DNA of 64,000 nt from NCBI GenBank assembly GCA_030295235.1, contig AP026125.1:992001-1056000 (forward strand), in the 5' to 3' direction. Shown here piece after piece: positions 1 to 10,490 of the stretch. Source of the stretch: Fistulifera solaris. Its lineage: Eukaryota. The notes beneath the pieces are model-generated. The model saw only the letters and a program-made list of their open reading frames with translations. It did no database searches and had not been told where the DNA came from. The first letter of the stretch is position 1. Each line of letters opens with the position of its first letter. A program made the position numbers and the translations under genes.

Positions 1-263
1 AGGGATGATGATGATGGATGGCAGCAATATTTTACTATACTATGAAAAGTAGAGCTACGGGGTTTATAAAGGTGCGGATTGGAGGGAGGAATTTTTGAGA
101 GAAAATAAAAAGAGAACCGATCTCATTATTTATTCGTGCGTCTTGCGTCATCATCACAGCAGTCTCTTTTGAACGCGACGACATCGCATCATCCTCGCTT
201 CTCAATCACCTTCGTCATCATTGTAAGGTGTAAAGGTACATCCTGCAACCTTCCTCTTTTTAG

Positions 264-1292
264 ATGATGCGTTCAGTCTTTAGCATACAGAAGAAACAAC
301 GACTTTTTACCCAAACCGCCGCACTACTCAGTCTTGTTTCTCTTCAGGCACCAACACACACTTCCGCCTTTGCACCCGCTTCCTTTCTTCTTCCATCCGT
401 TGTTACCCCGCTCTTCCTTTCGACGGCCGCTACCATGCCCGAGACACTCCAAGTCGTACAATTGCCTTGCCTCAATGACAATTACGGATATCTCCTGCAC
501 GATGCGACCACGGGTGCGACGGCCGCCGTCGATACACCCGAAGCCGGTCCATACCAAGCCGAATTGCGGGCCCGCGGTTGGACCTTGACGCATATTTTCA
601 ATACACATCATCATTGGGATCATACGGGAGGGAACTTGGAGCTAAAATCGTCCGAAGTATCAATTTATGGGCCTGCGACGGAAACGATTCCAGGGATCGA
701 TCGGCCGTTGCGGGGGGACGATGAATTTGAGTTTGGGGGATCCAAGGTGCAAGTCATTGATGTGGGAGGTCACACGAAAGGGCATATTGCGTACTACTTC
801 CCTGACGAAAGAAAAGTGTTTGTAGGAGATTCTCTTTTGCATTGGGTTGTGGGAAAATGTTCGAAGGAACTCCCGAGCAATTTTGGGGCAGTTTGAAGCG
901 TTTGCGCAGTCTTCCCGATGACACGATGGTGTATTGGTAAGTCCTTTGTTTCACAGAAACGCACATCTTGTCACGCGACATGAACTAATTTGATGTTCAC
1001 GCAAAACGATCCAAAACAGTGCCCACGAGTACACGCAATCGAACGCCAAGTTTGCGCAAAGGGTCGAACCGGGTAACGCCGAGCTCTTGGAACGTGTGAA
1101 AGAAATTGCCGCTCAACGTGCCCGGGGAGAACCCACTGTTCCTAGTTTGTTGGGATTGGAAAAAGAACCAATCCCTTTTTGCGATGTGACGTTAGCGACG
1201 AACTTCGCGCCAATGTTGGCGTTCGAGAAGGAGATTCCGATGCCGAAGCTTTTGCCAAAGTACGTCGAGCGAAAGATACCTTTAGGGGCTAA
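264..1292 (+). CDS. gloB: Hydroxyacylglutathione hydrolase (glyoxalase II), probably plastid-targeted; 1 intron, 2 apparent 1-nt frameshifts
   Basis: Metallo-beta-lactamase motifs [17 protein letters not shown] and GHTKGH. Restoring a T at ~836-839 gives [15 protein letters not shown]. Intron 937-1019 joins YC/AHEYT. Restoring an A at ~1161 gives TNPFLRC...KDTFRG* ending at 1292. N-terminal TSAFAP motif. Confidence 0.93.
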
Positions 1293-1379
1293 TTGATTGA
1301 ACAGAATAAGTACACGTATCAACGCCGATGGCATATCTACAAAATAAGTACCGATCCATCGTGATTAGCAAGGATGATA

Positions 1380-1780
1380 ACGTTTTCTTGCACTCAGCTT
1401 CATGAAATGGCAAATGGACAGGATTGAGTTTACATAGGCCTTTAGTTAATTGATGTCTTTGTAAGGCTGATTCAGACTAACATATTGACATGCTGTGACT
1501 CAACTCGACTATAATCCCGGCACTAGACTAACGACGATAATTGTTACGAATGAAATAAAATGACAATTGCCCACCAGCTCCAACCAGTCTTTGTGCGAGA
1601 TTAGATCAATGGAGTCGCTCTTTCACTGATGATGTTCTTGGATAGAGTAGGACAGGATTCTCTTTGTTGCTTTCTATTTACTAGTCTTTTATTGGCGCAA
1701 TACCTGGTAAGGATACATCATCGTCAAATAAATGACTTTTTGTGACTCAACTGAGATGCAGTCCCGGTATTCACTCTTCA
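1380..1780. repeat. Degenerate intergenic tandem duplication, period ~235-247 bp
   Basis: GGACAGGATT at 1416 and 1650; GTAAGG at 1461 and 1707; TGTGACTCAACT at 1494 and 1741. Confidence 0.5.
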
Positions 1781-1917
1781 TTATTTTCTGTCGGTGTGTG
1801 ATATATTAACCATCGCAATCAAAAGAGTTGTAATCTTGGTGTAATATCGGCTGATAAATTCGTTGTCACTGTTTTAATAGCTGTTTTCTAGCGTTTAAAC
1901 AACAAACTGATCAGAGT

Positions 1918-2733
1918 ATGTCGTTGGGTGAAGCCGAACAAGCGCTTGTCGAATTCTTGCAAACATGCGCCGACTTTGAATCGGCTCCTCCCCGTGTCGT
2001 TTGCCCACTATGTCGAACCTCTCGCGCCATCTATTGCCCAACGTGTTATCAAATACTCATTGAGGAATCACAGCGGCCTGAGGGTATTCAAAGTCTGCGG
2101 CTGCCATTTCATTTGGATATTCTGTTAGACGATCGACGAACTTCGGCCACCGGCATTCCGGTAGGCAGTATATTCGGTTGCTCACCACATTCCCGAAAAT
2201 CATCAGACCCCGTTCGTATATTTGATTGCGAGCAAGAGTTAGATGACCTTCCATCATCTTATGGACCAAATACGTACCTCTTATTTCCGGGAGAGACGTC
2301 TCAACCGGTCTCGTACGTCGCTCAACATTGCACAATTGATCGCGTGGTCGTCTTGGACTGCAAATGGCAACAAACGAGCATACGAATGCATCCTTCTGTA
2401 AAAGACTTACCCCGAATACACTTGGACAGCTGTCCGCAACATAGTTACTTCTGGAGATGGCACAATGCAGGAGAAAGACGGGTCTCAACAGTCGAAGCCA
2501 TTTACTTCTGTGCTTGGGACGTTGCGGCTTCTATAGGGTGGAACGAGGACAAAAAGCGAAATTTGGTGCATTTGCTATGGTTGTTTGGTATCCAACGTGA
2601 AGTAATACGACGCAAATACGAGGAGGATGGAGGAGTTGTTTTGCACGAACACATGCCTTTTACAGAAGAAGGCAAACAGTTTCAGCGCGACATCCGCAAA
2701 CGTGTCGATGCTCACTCGAAAAAAGAACAATGA
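1918..2733 (+). CDS. DTWD1: DTW-domain protein (tRNA-uridine aminocarboxypropyltransferase, DTWD1-like)
   Basis: N-terminal CxxC...YCxxC, LLFP, variant DTW motif LDCKW, and FWR...VSTVEAIY. Confidence 0.85.
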   Translation: MSLGEAEQALVEFLQTCADFESAPPRVVCPLCRTSRAIYCPTCYQILIEESQRPEGIQSLRLPFHLDILLDDRRTSATGIPVGSIFGCSPHSRKSSDPVRIFDCEQELDDLPSSYGPNTYLLFPGETSQPVSYVAQHCTIDRVVVLDCKWQQTSIRMHPSVKDLPRIHLDSCPQHSYFWRWHNAGERRVSTVEAIYFCAWDVAASIGWNEDKKRNLVHLLWLFGIQREVIRRKYEEDGGVVLHEHMPFTEEGKQFQRDIRKRVDAHSKKEQ

Positions 2734-2791
2734 TTGCTTCATTTGTAATGTTATAAAGTCTGTTTCCTTCAGTTGTAATGTTCAATTGTTT

Positions 2792-3340
2792 TCAAGCATG
2801 ATTGTAAAAGGAGATTAGCGTGTCTGTTCGTTCCATCATCCGTACGACTCGAGTGGACATTTCTTTCTTCGTACTTCTAATTTCTTCCGTTGATATCACT
2901 TGATCAATTTGCGCTGCTAGTTGATCCAAATCATGACTTAACAAAGCCAGGCTTTTCCGCAGATCACGACCTGGCACATTTTGTTCCCACATTTGACGCA
3001 AAATCCGTGAGTTTGCACCATCAATCGAATCCAGACTCGCCCTTTCGAGTCCTTCCTCCATCGCGCTCAGCGTTTTCTCTTTGCGTTCTAATTTAATGGT
3101 AATTGATTCTAGAGTCTGTTTACGTTCTCTTATGTGGAATGGATGAGGATCACCTTCCCATATGTAAGTGAAAGCTCCCTTCCAACCATAGTCTCGCACG
3201 ACGGGGTACAACAAAAAAAGGGACGTGGATATAACGGCTGTAGCGGTCACTGCGGTGATTGTCGTCACCCAAGAGCGATCAGTGTTGTAATAAGAATTGT
3301 CATTATACGCACGTCCGGGAAATATCATTATGGCCGACAC
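2792..3340 (-). CDS. Hypothetical protein, single TM helix plus coiled coil
   Basis: 182-aa ORF with a hydrophobic stretch followed by a charged helical region. Confidence 0.6.
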   Translation of the reverse strand: MSAIMIFPGRAYNDNSYYNTDRSWVTTITAVTATAVISTSLFLLYPVVRDYGWKGAFTYIWEGDPHPFHIRERKQTLESITIKLERKEKTLSAMEEGLERASLDSIDGANSRILRQMWEQNVPGRDLRKSLALLSHDLDQLAAQIDQVISTEEIRSTKKEMSTRVVRMMERTDTLISFYNHA

Positions 3341-3544
3341 GATGCATCGATTATGAAAAGGAGCACGATAATAATGATGAGGCTTTTATTGTCAATGCGA
3401 AAAAAACGCAGCGTCGAAGAATCATCGACGCGTTCGTCTGTAGTGCGTCAGCCGCTGAGCGAGCATCAAAGGGCGGACAAAGTACCAGGTAATAGGTTAG
3501 ATTTACACAACAAAACATCCAAGAAAAACACTTGGACAAGTTTC

Positions 3545-3567
3545 AAAAAAAAAAAAAAAAAAAAAAA
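3545..3567. repeat. Poly(A) tract (23 A)
   Basis: Read directly from the sequence. Confidence 0.95.
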
Positions 3568-3669
3568 CTTACAGCTTTGTAAACCTTACTGGTATCTGAT
3601 AGGAGGGGAATGGAAGATGTTTGCTGTTATGAGACTACTGCAGACACAATTACAAATAAGTAAAAGCGA

Positions 3670-4436
3670 AAAACATAATATCCGGGTCCCCCTGCAGAGA
3701 TAAATTTCCTACGGCGGCTACGTACAAAACGCGTATACATTAGAAGCGTTGCATCTTTCTACTGTTTCATGTTTCACTGTCAAACGAAAGTCGAATATTG
3801 CTTCGTGGCTTACATAAGCAATGTAGGGCAAAGTCTTGTTGACATTGGTGTTGAACTGACGCGAAAAATGGTGTGCTCAAAATTACATAATATCCGGAGT
3901 TCCCGCTGTCGATAAATTTCCCTACGAGAGCTACGTGAAAGTACGTAGACATTTAAGGCGTTGCATCATTTGTTCCATCAACGTTTTGTTTTCAAATCAA
4001 TGACGATTATTGCTTTCTGATACGAAGAAAATATGGTGGAAAAAGAAGCGTTGGCATCTGTGCACTTTAGAGGCAAGAATTGGATGATGACGGAAAACAC
4101 AATATCCGGGTACCCCTGCAGAGATAAATTTCCTACGGGGGGCTACGTACAATACGCGTAGACATTAAAAGCGTTGCATCTTTCTACTGTTTCATGTTTC
4201 ACTGTCAAACGAAAGTCGAATATTGCCTCGTGGCTTACATAAGCAATGTTGGGGAACGTTTTGTTGACATTGGTGTCCAAAAGACGCGGCAAATGGTGTG
4301 ATCGAAATTACGTAATATCCGAAGTCCCCGCTGTCGATAATTTCCCTACGAGAGCTACGTCAAAGTACGTAGACATTTAAGATGTTGCATCATTTGTTCC
4401 ATCAACGTTTTGTTTTTCAAATCAATGACGATTATT
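3670..4436. repeat. ~212-bp tandem repeat x4 in A-B-A-B order (424-bp dimer); repeat family A
   Basis: Core AATATCCGG...GATAAATTTCC(C)TACG...GCTACGT...CG(C/T)GTAGACATT...GTTGCATC begins at 3676, 3888, 4100 and 4313. Units 1 and 3, and units 2 and 4, are near-identical. Confidence 0.95.
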
Positions 4437-5977
4437 CCGCGTCTTTTCAACACCAATGTCAACATTACTTTAAAAGGCGATGGGCTTTGGAACTCTAACT
4501 GTCAACTTGATCGAAGCTCGCTACCAGAGTGTAGACGAATTTGCTACCGATTGTCGTCTGGTAATTACGAACGGTAACAAGTACTACAGTGATCGCGAAG
4601 ATGGCAAAACGAGTTGAATAGGTCTGAACCTTTCCAAGGCAGACCCTTTCTACCGCTTTTAGTGCAAACCAAGCATACTGTATTGTTTTTCGTTGCCTTT
4701 TTGATGTAAAATTGACGAATGTCTTCACTAGCCACTAGTTCTCAACTCAGCAGCACTTTCTCGTTCAGTATATAGCTTCTGCTCATGATTTGAATGGTCT
4801 CGATATACCCGGATCAGTACACTTTCATGAGCATTTTTTCAATTGCTGTGGCTGATCGTTCTATTGAGCCCAGATGTCCGCCTCCGCTAAAGCTTTCAAC
4901 GAAACTCCTGTTTCTCTTGCCCAGCCATTCTTGTTTCGCAGTTTCTTCCAGTCCCATCGATGACTACGAGGTCGATTGCTGCTTGCTGCTTGCTGCTCGC
5001 TGCTTTCGAGGTGCTACACTATGGCCCTGGCATGCGAAACTTGTGCATGCTGCTTGATGCGACACGACTTTTCGCTTCAATCACAAAACCACGTCTCCGA
5101 ATTCAATCACACAAACTCCTTCACTATTTGTGTTTGCCGACGACTTGTCCTTTAGACGTACATCCCTTATGAAAAATACCCCATCATCGCGACTTCTTCG
5201 CGCCTCCGTTCTATGTATCGACACTCTTCGGTTCCATTATTGTGCAACCTTACATACAAAAAATCAGTCACAGGGCTGCGCGAACATGATTGTTGAAAGG
5301 CTACCATTTCCCCGTATCTGATGTTTTTGATTGCTTCGATCACGTTATCGGAATGGAGCGGCGGAGGCTTAACATAAAAGTCAAACCTACTTCAAGGTGT
5401 GCCCTTACTCCACGAGGTAAAGTCGATGATGTGTTGAATTGACGATTATAACGCCACTCTCTTTCCGCACGTTGGCAGATGATATTTGATGAAGCGGGTT
5501 GAAGCCTTGGTGAAAACTTTCGGGTCGTCTTCTTCAGAAATAAGATCGAAACCTTCGACATGTCGACATGGCGACGGCGACGCGGAGAAAGAATCATCAT
5601 CGGTCGTGCACAGCTGAGGCCAACAAAGAAGGGCGTACCTGGCGGCTGTGACAAAGCCATCGTTTTAGAATCAAGTGATTACTTGAATGACACCAAGAAG
5701 AAACGAAAGAGACGACTATTATGATACAATCGGATCACCTTTTTGCGTTTTCCTTTCATACTCCGTAACAAATTATTCCTGTATCTTTCGGTCTATACAA
5801 AGAAAGTACATATTACACTATACTTTACTCGTCGCAAAATACGTATAAAACCAAAATTATACCGTATCGTATTCTACCTCAGCAGCCCGTCGCCGCTTAT
5901 TATCGCTTCCGCGGTGCGGCGTGCTATGCGCGGTTTTTCCCGCACTTTTTTCTCTTGAAACAAGGTCTTGCAACAAA

Positions 5978-8900
5978 ATGATAAAATCTATCAAAACAAA
6001 CAAAACTTTCGCGAGCTTCGTGCTCCTTACTTGCATCCTTACGTCTCCTGTCGGCCGGATTGGCTGTTTCTTCGCTCCGGCGAAGATTCAGTTTGCTCTG
6101 GAGATTGTAAGTTTGCTGCGCAACAGCGCAAGTGTTCAGTCGCTTTCGGAGTCGGTGTGTGTTTTCTCCTGCGTCTGTTTGCTTGTTCTGTCGCTCTTGT
6201 CGGTTCTTCGCATCATTCTTGTGCCTGCTTGCGTTGCAGGGCTTGTGTTGATGCGTTTCTGCGCTCGGACCGTCGCAGAAATCGCTCTTCTGGCGATGAA
6301 GAGTTTTTGCTCGACCATGTGGGCGTTGTTTGGTCGTCGTGCGGCTGTTTGCTTCGTTCGTCTTTTCAGCGCAAACGGCTGTTTGTATCGTGAAGATGTT
6401 CTCTTGCAAAAGACCACGGAGTTTCCAGTTCGTTTGGAGACTCCAAGTCTCACGATGTTTCGTCCTGTAGCTCCGGTACTTAAGGCTACGGGGAAACAAT
6501 TTGTTTTGAAGCGAAACCACCGTGTCATTTTTCAGGTGTCTTTCGTCTTCGTCCTCTTTCTTATGTTGATTGGAGTTGTTGCGGCTTGTGGAGATGCCAG
6601 ATGGATCGGTACTTCCGCAGTTGTCTTGTATTTGTTGTTTGCTGAGCTTGGTCGGTCGTCCGCAGCAACAGGAATTCAGAATTATTTGCGATTGGGCGAC
6701 TTCGAGACGTCCAGCTCTTTTGCTCTCGATCCCATTCGCCGTGTGTGTGAATTTTCAAACAAGCGTGTTGTTTGGAACGCACATTTCCGATGCTTGTTGA
6801 AGGAAAGCGGTCTTCTTCGCGTTCATTTTCCCCCCGATGATGATTTGCTGTCGTTTTGTTTCATCGAACGGATTGGGCAACTAAGTGCTCGTGAATACCT
6901 CACTGATCCTCGTCATTGTCGTCGTCGCATTGGGGCGATGCCTTTTGCTCCAATAAAGACGAAACCGGCTGCTGAGTCTTCTATGAGTTCCGCGTCGACA
7001 GTTCTTGCTTCGGTCAGAGTGAAATTGTTTGAGGAGACGATCGATACGGACGATGCTGTGCCAATGGACTGGTCACCGACGCCTCCCACTCCTGTGAATG
7101 CGAAGCGGTTTGCCGAGGAAGCTTTACCGATTGAATGGTCCCCCACAATGAAGCGTCGGGTATTTGCAGAAGAGTCTCCTGTCGCCCGGATTGGCTGTTT
7201 CTTCGCTCCGGCGAAGATTCAGTTTGCTCTGGAGATTGTGAGTATGCTGCGCAACAGCGCAAGTGTTCAGTCGCTTTCGGAGTCGGTGTGTGTTTTCTCC
7301 TGCGTCTGTTTGCTTGTTCTGTCGCTCTTGTCGGTTCTGCGCGTCATTCTTGTGCCTGCTTGCGTTGCAGGGCTTGTGTTGATGCGTTTCTGCGCTCGGA
7401 CCGTCGCAGAAATCGCTCTTCTGGCGATGAAGAGTTTTTGCTCGACCATGTGGGCGTTGTTTGGTCGTCGTGCGGCTGTTTGCTTCGTTCGTCTTTTCAG
7501 CGCAAACGGCTGTTTGTATCGTGAAGATGTTCTCTTGCAAAAGACCACGGAGTTTCCAGTTCGTTTGGAGACTCCAAGTCTCACGATGTTTCGTCCTGTA
7601 GCTCCGGTACTTAAGGCTACGGGGAAACAATTTGTTTTGAAGCGAAACCACCGTGTCATTTTTCAGGTGTCTTTCGTCTTCGTCCTCTTTCTTATGTTGA
7701 TTGGAGTTGTTGCGGCTTGTGGAGATGCCAGATGGATCGGTACTTCCGCAGTTGTCTTGTATTTGTTGTTTGCTGAGCTTGGTCGGTCGTCCTCAGCAAC
7801 AGGAATTCAGAATTATTTGCGATTGGGCGACTTCGAGACGTCCAGCTCTTTTGCTCTCGATCCCATTCGCCGTGTGTGTGAATTTTCAAACAAGCGTGTT
7901 GTTTGGAACGCACATTTCCGATGCTTGTTGAAGGAAAGCGGTCTTCTTCGCGTTCATTTTCCCCCCGATGATGATTTGCTGTCGTTTTGTTTCATCGAAC
8001 GGATTGGGCAACTAAGTGCTCGGGAATACCTCACTGATCCTCGTCATTGTCGTCGTCGCATTGGGGCGATGCCTTTTGCTCCAATAAAGACGAAACCGGC
8101 TGCTGAGTCTTCTATGAGTTCCGCGTCGACAGTTCTTGCTTTGGTCAGAGTGAAATTGTTCGAGGAGACGATCGATAAGAAAGATATTGATGCAGACGAT
8201 GCTGTGCCAAGGGACTGGTCACCAACGCCTAATGAAGTGGCTGAACCGGAGGTGGATGCGATAGCGGGGTCGAGTGTTGAGAATCCGGTTGCTATGGAGT
8301 TAGACGCGATGCCGACTTCGGATTATCCTGTTGTTATGGACGTGGTTGAAGTAATTGATCGAATGTCGATCGTTGTTGCTCTTGGGAAGCGCAAGCGCCA
8401 GTTGGAAGATGCTTTTGTTACTTCTTCTCCGGTGAGGACTTTGAAGCGGCGAAAGTTATGCCAGCATCCTGTCCCGGTGGTGGATTCGGTCAACATGGAG
8501 CTAGATGAGGAGAAGGCGAGTTTGCATGATCCTGTTGACATGGGGGTGGATGTGATGCCGAGTTTCGATGATGTGATTGACACGGCGGTGGATGCAATGG
8601 CGTGTTTAAATAAAGTGGCTGAACCGGAGGTGGATGCGATAGCGGGGTCGAGTGTTGAGATTCCGGTGGACATGGGGTTGAGTGCAATGCCGAGTTTTGA
8701 TGGTGCGATTGACACGGAAGTGGATGCAATTCCGATGGACATGGGGTTGGGTGCAATGCCGAGTTCCGATGTTGCGATTGACACAGAGGTGGATGCAATG
8801 GCGTCTTCAAATAAAGTAGCTGAACCGGAGGTGGATGCGATAGCGGGGTCGAGTGTTGAGATCCCGGTGGACATGTGGTTGGGTGCAATGCCAAGTTTCG

Positions 8901-9220
8901 ATTATGCGATTGACACGGAGGCGGATGCAATGGCGTCTTCAATGAAAGAGGCTGAACCGGAGGTGGATGCGATAGTGGGGTCGAGTGTTGAGATTCCGGT
9001 TGGTATGGAGTCAGTTGCGATGCCAACTTTGGATGATCCGGTTGATATGAAGGAGGATGCGATGCCGAGTTGGGATCATGCGATGTCAAAGAAAAAGAAA
9101 AGTTCTGTTTCTTGCCTCCGCGCCCGTCCTTACCTGGAGCGGAAGTGCAAGGTTGCTGTTTGCTTGCGCATGCGCCCGTACTTGCCTCGGCAGTGCAAAA
9201 GAATGTTCGAGTTTTGGTAG
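5978..9220 (+). CDS. Orphan intronless ~1080-aa protein with hydrophobic segments, a 377-aa-offset internal duplication and acidic tandem repeats; possibly mobile-element or virus derived
   Basis: Open frame 5921-9220 with first ATG at 5978. No recognisable domain. G/T-skewed sense strand. Repeated WSPT, EPEVDAIAGSSVEIPV and CLRxRPYLxRxCK motifs. Confidence 0.6.
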   Translation: MIKSIKTNKTFASFVLLTCILTSPVGRIGCFFAPAKIQFALEIVSLLRNSASVQSLSESVCVFSCVCLLVLSLLSVLRIILVPACVAGLVLMRFCARTVAEIALLAMKSFCSTMWALFGRRAAVCFVRLFSANGCLYREDVLLQKTTEFPVRLETPSLTMFRPVAPVLKATGKQFVLKRNHRVIFQVSFVFVLFLMLIGVVAACGDARWIGTSAVVLYLLFAELGRSSAATGIQNYLRLGDFETSSSFALDPIRRVCEFSNKRVVWNAHFRCLLKESGLLRVHFPPDDDLLSFCFIERIGQLSAREYLTDPRHCRRRIGAMPFAPIKTKPAAESSMSSASTVLASVRVKLFEETIDTDDAVPMDWSPTPPTPVNAKRFAEEALPIEWSPTMKRRVFAEESPVARIGCFFAPAKIQFALEIVSMLRNSASVQSLSESVCVFSCVCLLVLSLLSVLRVILVPACVAGLVLMRFCARTVAEIALLAMKSFCSTMWALFGRRAAVCFVRLFSANGCLYREDVLLQKTTEFPVRLETPSLTMFRPVAPVLKATGKQFVLKRNHRVIFQVSFVFVLFLMLIGVVAACGDARWIGTSAVVLYLLFAELGRSSSATGIQNYLRLGDFETSSSFALDPIRRVCEFSNKRVVWNAHFRCLLKESGLLRVHFPPDDDLLSFCFIERIGQLSAREYLTDPRHCRRRIGAMPFAPIKTKPAAESSMSSASTVLALVRVKLFEETIDKKDIDADDAVPRDWSPTPNEVAEPEVDAIAGSSVENPVAMELDAMPTSDYPVVMDVVEVIDRMSIVVALGKRKRQLEDAFVTSSPVRTLKRRKLCQHPVPVVDSVNMELDEEKASLHDPVDMGVDVMPSFDDVIDTAVDAMACLNKVAEPEVDAIAGSSVEIPVDMGLSAMPSFDGAIDTEVDAIPMDMGLGAMPSSDVAIDTEVDAMASSNKVAEPEVDAIAGSSVEIPVDMWLGAMPSFDYAIDTEADAMASSMKEAEPEVDAIVGSSVEIPVGMESVAMPTLDDPVDMKEDAMPSWDHAMSKKKKSSVSCLRARPYLERKCKVAVCLRMRPYLPRQCKRMFEFW
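6043..8177 (+). repeat. Near-identical ~1.0-kb direct duplication inside the orphan ORF (offset 1131 bp, in frame)
   Basis: 6043-~7046 matches 7174-~8177 with only a handful of substitutions. Confidence 0.97.
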
Positions 9221-9420
9221 TTCAATAAATTGATTTATTGATCTTGGTGCCAGAAAAGCGGAGGATGAGAGAATGTCATGAGGAGGTGCTGGCATCCCGG
9301 TTGTGTTGAACTCGACGATAGAATAACTGGCAGTGACTGGCAGGGACCGTGACAAGGTACGATCACTCTTGAATCCAAAATCTATTCTGTGTTTTTCTTT
9401 CAAAACCCAATCAATTGGCC

Positions 9421-9820
9421 AGGCGTGGCAAGCCAACTCTCGCGTTGCGATGAAGGTAGGGCCCCATTCTCTCGTTAAGACGTCAGATGCGCCGTCTGCG
9501 AGTGTGATTTATGTGTTGAATCACTCGTAGTTCGGTGACTTGGTGCAGTGAGACTCAAAATGGTGTTCTATTTTCTAGCTCCGCGTGCAAGAGTTGAGCT
9601 CCTTTTGATTTTGGGATCTAGGCGAGGGCAAGCCAACTCTCCCACTGCGATGAAGTTAGGACCCCATATCTCTCGTTAAGACGCCAGATGTGCCGTCTGC
9701 GGGTGCGACTCATGTGTTGAATCACCCGTAGCTCGGTATCTTGGTGCAGTGAGACTCAAATTGGTGTTCTTTCTTCATGCTCCTTGTGTAAAGAGTTGGG
9801 CTCCTTTTGGTTTCGGGACC
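9421..9820 (+). ncRNA. Two tandem ~200-nt copies of a putative structured RNA element
   Basis: Copies start at 9421 and 9620. Stem GCGAGTG/CACTCGT in copy 1 becomes GCGGGTG/CACCCGT in copy 2 (compensatory pair). Other stems are retained through G:U changes. Confidence 0.45.
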
Positions 9821-10490
9821 GGCGTTCTATCTATTTTGTTGAAAAAATAAGAAGTAGTAGACTGGATTTTTTATTAAAATCTTTCTAGTTTTGTAGTTTG
9901 CTCTATGTTTGATCCTGGTATACACAAATCGCAGCGTTGGTGACTATCGAGTCTTCCGATTGATCGAATACAATTCACGTCGAACCCGGTAATCCCTGAT
10001 TCGGGAGCACTGGCAATCGACCCTGCTCGACTTGATTTCCGCTCAATAATTATGCTCTCTTGTTTTCCGAAAAGTTAGTCACCAATAGATAATCTTCGGA
10101 GAACCATGTGAGCACTTGCGCATTGCAGGTAGCTACAGAGGTTAAATACAGTTTGCCCGTATTCAAGTTACGACCAAGCGCAATCATACTACGTCCATGA
10201 TCTCCTCCATTTCGTACTGACGCGGGTGCGTTTGTTTTTATTCTCGATTCCCTTTCATATCTCTTTCTATTCGTCTTTTGATGTTTACTACAGCTCATAT
10301 CATGGACAAGCTGTCTAGAGAAGGTGCAGTGACTAGATTTGCACGCCGCAACCCTCTTCTCGAGAACAAGTACCAAGCGCGCTATATCTTTGCATGATTA
10401 CGAAGCTGTCATGCAACCATAATGAACATGCGCACTTTCTTTTTTTTAATCACAGTCTTGATTCGAGCGCCTTTTCTTCGTCGGCTATCC

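Noticed and set aside
3545..3567. Poly(A) tail of a retroposed element
   Set aside because: No TSD or upstream SINE/LINE features are visible; it could be a simple promoter poly(dA:dT) tract like the T-rich run at 11193-11225.
4450..5720. Short ORFs upstream of the orphan ORF, and similar ones at 12500-13450
   Set aside because: No recognisable homology. Possibly decayed coding sequence, but not supportable.
5924..9089. Antisense ORFs within the orphan ORF (5924-6520, 7124-7651, 8323-8874, 8490-9089)
   Set aside because: Explained by codon bias and repeats of the sense ORF; no motifs recognised.
9421..9820. Hammerhead or HDV ribozyme, SECIS, riboswitch, 5.8S or SRP RNA
   Set aside because: No CUGAnGA...GAAA core on either strand, no clear HDV nested pseudoknot, no in-frame UGA in the upstream ORF, and only trivial short matches to the other families.
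5722..9924. Terminal inverted repeats or LTR ends (TGATACAATCGGATCA vs TGATCCTGGTATACA), and a possible Helitron 3' end at 9865-9888
   Set aside because: The inverted match is short and imperfect with no TSD, and the hairpin before CTAG is AT-rich and atypical. Boundaries cannot be fixed from one copy.
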